In this document: piece by piece, positions 29,367 through 32,000 of the stretch
How positions within the stretch are numbered: the stretch's first letter is position 1
How the letters are laid out: every line of letters starts with the position of its first letter
Assembly: GCA_030167145.1 (NCBI GenBank)
Contig: CP126532.1
Location: forward strand, 1,320,001 to 1,352,000
Origin: Ktedonobacterales bacterium
GTDB lineage: Bacteria > Chloroflexota > Ktedonobacteria > Ktedonobacterales > JADMIN01
Direction: 5' to 3'
DNA length: 32,000 nt
Made by a program: the position numbers and the translations under genes
Notes under the pieces: model-generated
What the model saw: only the letters and a program-made list of their open reading frames with translations
The model's database searches: none
What the model was told of the DNA's origin: nothing

Positions 29367-30483
29367 TGCTCTTGCGACTAGAGAATGGACGTTAGTTTTG
29401 GCAGCTTCAGATGCCGCAGAGGGCGTAGGCGATGCACGCCTGCTCACCATCAGTGCGGAACCCTACAACGCCGAAACATTGCTCGTCAATCATCGTGATG
29501 TGGTCACGCCGCGTGCGTCGTTCTACAAGCGCAACCACTTCGCGATACCGCACATCGCCGCTGACGACTGGCGGTTGCAGATCACCGGGAATGTCGCGCG
29601 GCCCGCTGAACTGACCCTTGACGCGGTGCGCGCGCTGCCCAGCCGCACGCTGCTGGTGACACTGGAATGCGCTGGCAACGGGCGGGCCTACATGGAGCGC
29701 GAGGCTGAGGGCGAGCCGTGGCAGTATGGCGCCGTCAGCACAGCGGAGTGGACGGGGACGCCACTGCACGAGGCGCTGGCCGCTGTCGGCGTGGGCGATG
29801 GCACACGTGAGATGCTCTTCACGGGGGCTGATGCGGGCCACGTGGCGGCGGCGGGCACATCGCTGTCCTTCGTGCGTTCCTTACCGCTTGAACAGGCGCT
29901 ACATCCCGATACGCTGCTGGCGTATGCGATGAACGGCGAAGCGTTGTCCGCCGAGCACGGATTTCCGCTACGGCTGATCGTGCCGGGTTGGTATGGCATG
30001 GCGGCGGTGAAATGGCTGACACGCATCGAATCGATCACAGAGCCATTTCGCGGCTTCTATCAAGCGGACCGCTATATTATGGCGCACCCGGAGCGCGGCG
30101 AGACGACTACGACGCCACTGACGACGATGCTGGCGCGCTCGCTGGTGACGTATCCAGCGGAGGACGCGCGGCTGCCAGCGGGCGAGCATATCGTGCGCGG
30201 GCTGGCGTGGTCGGGTGCGGCGACGGTGTCGCGCGTGGAGATTGCCATCGGCGACGGCACCGACGAAGAAGGCGCGTGGCAGCCTGCGGAGTTCACTAGC
30301 GGAGCAGAGCACTATGCCTGGCGGCAGTGGGAATATCGCTGGCAGGCGCAGGCGCGCGGACCATTCACGCTGCGGTGTCGCGCCTTTGACGCGCTGGGCA
30401 ACACACAGCCAGTGACGGCGGATTGGAACCGCCTGGGCTACGCCAATAACGCTATCCAGCACGTGCGGGTAGAGGTGGTCTAG
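29347..30483 (+). CDS. Sulfite-oxidase-family molybdopterin oxidoreductase (Mo domain plus dimerisation domain), no Tat or signal peptide seen
   Basis: Motifs seen: FYKRNHF..P, LVTLECAGNGR (Mo-ligand Cys), STAEWTGTPL, HGFPLRLIVPGWYG...VKWL..I, and a C-terminal Ig-like dimerisation block GLAWSG...VSRVEI. GTG 29347 overlaps the upstream gene by 20 nt; TTG 29398 is the alternative. Confidence 0.8.
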   Translation: MARASGNALATREWTLVLAASDAAEGVGDARLLTISAEPYNAETLLVNHRDVVTPRASFYKRNHFAIPHIAADDWRLQITGNVARPAELTLDAVRALPSRTLLVTLECAGNGRAYMEREAEGEPWQYGAVSTAEWTGTPLHEALAAVGVGDGTREMLFTGADAGHVAAAGTSLSFVRSLPLEQALHPDTLLAYAMNGEALSAEHGFPLRLIVPGWYGMAAVKWLTRIESITEPFRGFYQADRYIMAHPERGETTTTPLTTMLARSLVTYPAEDARLPAGEHIVRGLAWSGAATVSRVEIAIGDGTDEEGAWQPAEFTSGAEHYAWRQWEYRWQAQARGPFTLRCRAFDALGNTQPVTADWNRLGYANNAIQHVRVEVV

Positions 30484-30564
30484 TTCGCGTAGTTCGCGGC
30501 GCTGGGCGGATCTGATGATGCGCTATTCCACCAGTTCAGGGCAATCCGGTATAACATGGGCTGG

Positions 30565-30810
30565 CTAATGGGTTGTGGCTTTTGCGTTACGCTGATGTGC
30601 TAGCAGCACCATGCCCAACTCCTGTTCGAGCGCCTGAATCCGTTGCAGCTGCTCTTCCGAGAGGTTGGCCAGCGGATAGTTTGGCTCCAATGCCACGATA
30701 TAGACGCCAAGCTCATCTTCCAGTGCGCGCACCCGCGAGATGCCCGAATCATCAAGCCGCGCGATCTTCATCTGTGCTTCGGCCATGGTGTGCCCCCATT
30801 CGTTCGCCAC
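30565..30810 (-). CDS. Small hypothetical protein made of two homologous ~26-aa helical repeats
   Basis: ARLDDSGISRVRALEDELGVYIVALE versus ANLSEEQLQRIQALEQELGMVLLAHQ. The start is ambiguous (GTG 30810, ATG 30786 or ATG 30771). A TATACT -10 lies on the minus strand at 30866-30861. Confidence 0.5.
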   Translation of the reverse strand: MANEWGHTMAEAQMKIARLDDSGISRVRALEDELGVYIVALEPNYPLANLSEEQLQRIQALEQELGMVLLAHQRNAKATTH

Positions 30811-30879
30811 AATGCGCCGTCTACAGACGGCTGAGCGTTCACACGATGCGTCCTGTCGCCAGTATACCGCTGTTTCGTG

Positions 30880-31236
30880 CTATGCGGTCGCCGCAAAGGT
30901 GAGCAGCGGATTGCCCGTATCATCGCGTAATTCGAGCCTATCGCCCTGGCGCTCCCAGGAGCGGACCATCTCAAGCGCGTGAAGATAAGCGTCTTCGATC
31001 TCCATCAGCGGCGGGGGACACATCATGCGCGTGCTGGCCATGCCCGAAAAAGTGGCTGTCGTCGCGTCGAGCGCAACCTGCCCCATATAGCGGTTGCAGC
31101 CACTTTTGCCAGCGACGCGCATGCCATCGAAGGTCAGCGTCACTTCGATCTCATCAGGCACAACATGCGGCGCGTCGTCATCTACGCGATAGGCGATGAG
31201 CCGCCAGGAAGTCGCGTCCAGCGGATGGGGTGCCAT
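30880..31236 (-). CDS. META-domain (HslJ-like, DUF306) protein
   Basis: W.L......D.......EVTLTFDG.RVAGKSGCNRY.G........ATF.GMASTRMMCPPPLMEIE.AYL.AL......ER.GD.L.L.D. This is the classic GCNRY / T.M.C pattern. Confidence 0.8.
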   Translation of the reverse strand: MAPHPLDATSWRLIAYRVDDDAPHVVPDEIEVTLTFDGMRVAGKSGCNRYMGQVALDATTATFSGMASTRMMCPPPLMEIEDAYLHALEMVRSWERQGDRLELRDDTGNPLLTFAATA

Positions 31237-31275
31237 GGGGTGTCTCCTACCTCGCTCATACGAGTGTCATTGGCG

Positions 31276-32000
31276 CTATTTCGCCGTCAGCCGTTGCGCG
31301 AGCTTGTTGGCCAGGGCGACACTGTAGTTCTGGCCGCGATCCTGGGGGTAGACCTGGAACATGTTGGCCATGTAGAAGTTAGGCAGCGGCGTCTCGTGCG
31401 GGGGGATGTGGTCTTTGTAGTCGGTGGTGACGATGGGCTGGGCGAAAGGCGCGGCAAAGCGCCACTTTTCGCGAATCCAATCGGGCGAGAAATCGGGATT
31501 GAGCCGCGCGAGATGCGGCAGATACGCCGCCAGCGCCTCGTCCGCCGAGTAGCGCATGCGCGGGTCATCCATCGGCAGGTAATTGCCGAGGTAGAGCAGG
31601 TGTCGCCCGCCATATTCGGCGGCGGGGATGTAGTTGGTGTGTTCGACAGCGGCCAGGAACGGATACGTTGGGTCGGTGATGCTGAGCCAGTAAACATCGC
31701 GCAGCAGCGGGCGGTCTAGCGCCAGGATCAGGCAGTGCGCGCCATAGGCCGTGCCCCAGTCGTAGCGTTCGCGGAAGTCCGCGGGCAGGTCGGGGACGAG
31801 GCGAAAGGTAAGCCGGGGGGCCAGCGTCGAGACGACGCGCGCATAGGTTTCGTCGCCCGCGCTGGAGACGACACGCAGCCCGCCCTCCGCGCCGCGCGTG
31901 ACCGAGCGCACATCCGTTCCCAGGCGCAACTCGCCACCATGGGCGACGATGGCTGCCGCGAGCGCTTCATAGATCTGCTGGAAGCCGCCGCGCAGGTAGC
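31276..32000 (-). CDS. FAD-dependent oxidoreductase of the phytoene-desaturase / amine-oxidase family (5' end outside the window)
   Basis: The reading frame stays open to the window edge (..YLRGGFQQIYEALAAAIVAHGGELRLGTDV..), so the track's TTG start at 31929 is internal. The C-terminal part (F.AP.AQP......Y...P.H.TP..N.Y.AN..Q.YP.DRG.N.S) is typical of this family. Confidence 0.7.
   Translation of the reverse strand, partial: YLRGGFQQIYEALAAAIVAHGGELRLGTDVRSVTRGAEGGLRVVSSAGDETYARVVSTLAPRLTFRLVPDLPADFRERYDWGTAYGAHCLILALDRPLLRDVYWLSITDPTYPFLAAVEHTNYIPAAEYGGRHLLYLGNYLPMDDPRMRYSADEALAAYLPHLARLNPDFSPDWIREKWRFAAPFAQPIVTTDYKDHIPPHETPLPNFYMANMFQVYPQDRGQNYSVALANKLAQRLTAK

Noticed and set aside
28593-29450. 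285-aa minus-strand ORF antisense to the Gly/Tyr/Gln-rich tail
   Set aside because: It is the mirror image of a repetitive region. It is Arg/Ile/Ala-rich with no start signals. The sense frame is continuous with the Ig-domain/TM protein.

Overview
High-GC (roughly 63-66% by eye) chromosomal segment with about 32 protein-coding genes. I found no rRNA, tRNA, CRISPR array, transposase or integrase. All family calls come from motif recognition in the translated ORFs; no database search was run. Gene content, SD sequences (GGAAGGAG / GGAGG) and TGnTAnAAT-type promoters suggest a high-GC monoderm-like lineage, possibly Chloroflexota/Ktedonobacteria-like or Actinomycetota. That guess is low confidence.

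Layout:
- 1-2242: a partial ECF sigma factor, a DUF5666-like protein with a (Gly-Gln)16 linker, and a divergent lipoprotein behind an ECF-type promoter motif.
- 2563-4584: two unrecognised proteins, one an Arg/Gly/Asp-rich tail-anchored disordered protein.
- 4785-7962: a division-cluster-type block, pgeF(ylmD)-yggS(ylmE)-[HxxEH membrane protein]-yggT(ylmG)-yggU.
- 8121-9865: an FMN reductase and a beta-propeller protein.
- 9939-14956: the most interesting locus. It is a self-contained four-gene operon encoding only NuoD/EchE-like, antiporter-like (NuoL/M/N/EchA), NuoB/EchC-like and NuoH/EchB-like subunits. This is a stripped-down relative of complex I and group-4 hydrogenases (Ehr-like), and its catalytic and pumping residues look partly degenerate.
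- 14959-32000: assorted housekeeping and accessory genes. These are a HAD hydrolase, a zinc-ribbon protein, a PHP phosphoesterase, lipoproteins, an LLM/F420-type oxidoreductase, a pentapeptide-repeat protein with a channel-like C-terminus, DUF4349, a benzoate-CoA-ligase family enzyme, a KGG stress protein, an EamA transporter, an Ig-domain membrane protein with a Gly/Tyr/Gln-rich tail, a sulfite-oxidase-family Mo enzyme, a META-domain protein and a partial FAD oxidoreductase.

Other points of interest:
- Two families of structured intergenic repeats.
- An 18-bp x5 tandem array.
- A ~1-kb low-GC single-gene cassette flanked by 13-bp direct repeats.
- Several long structured leaders.

Many long antisense ORFs in the track are high-GC artefacts and were rejected.
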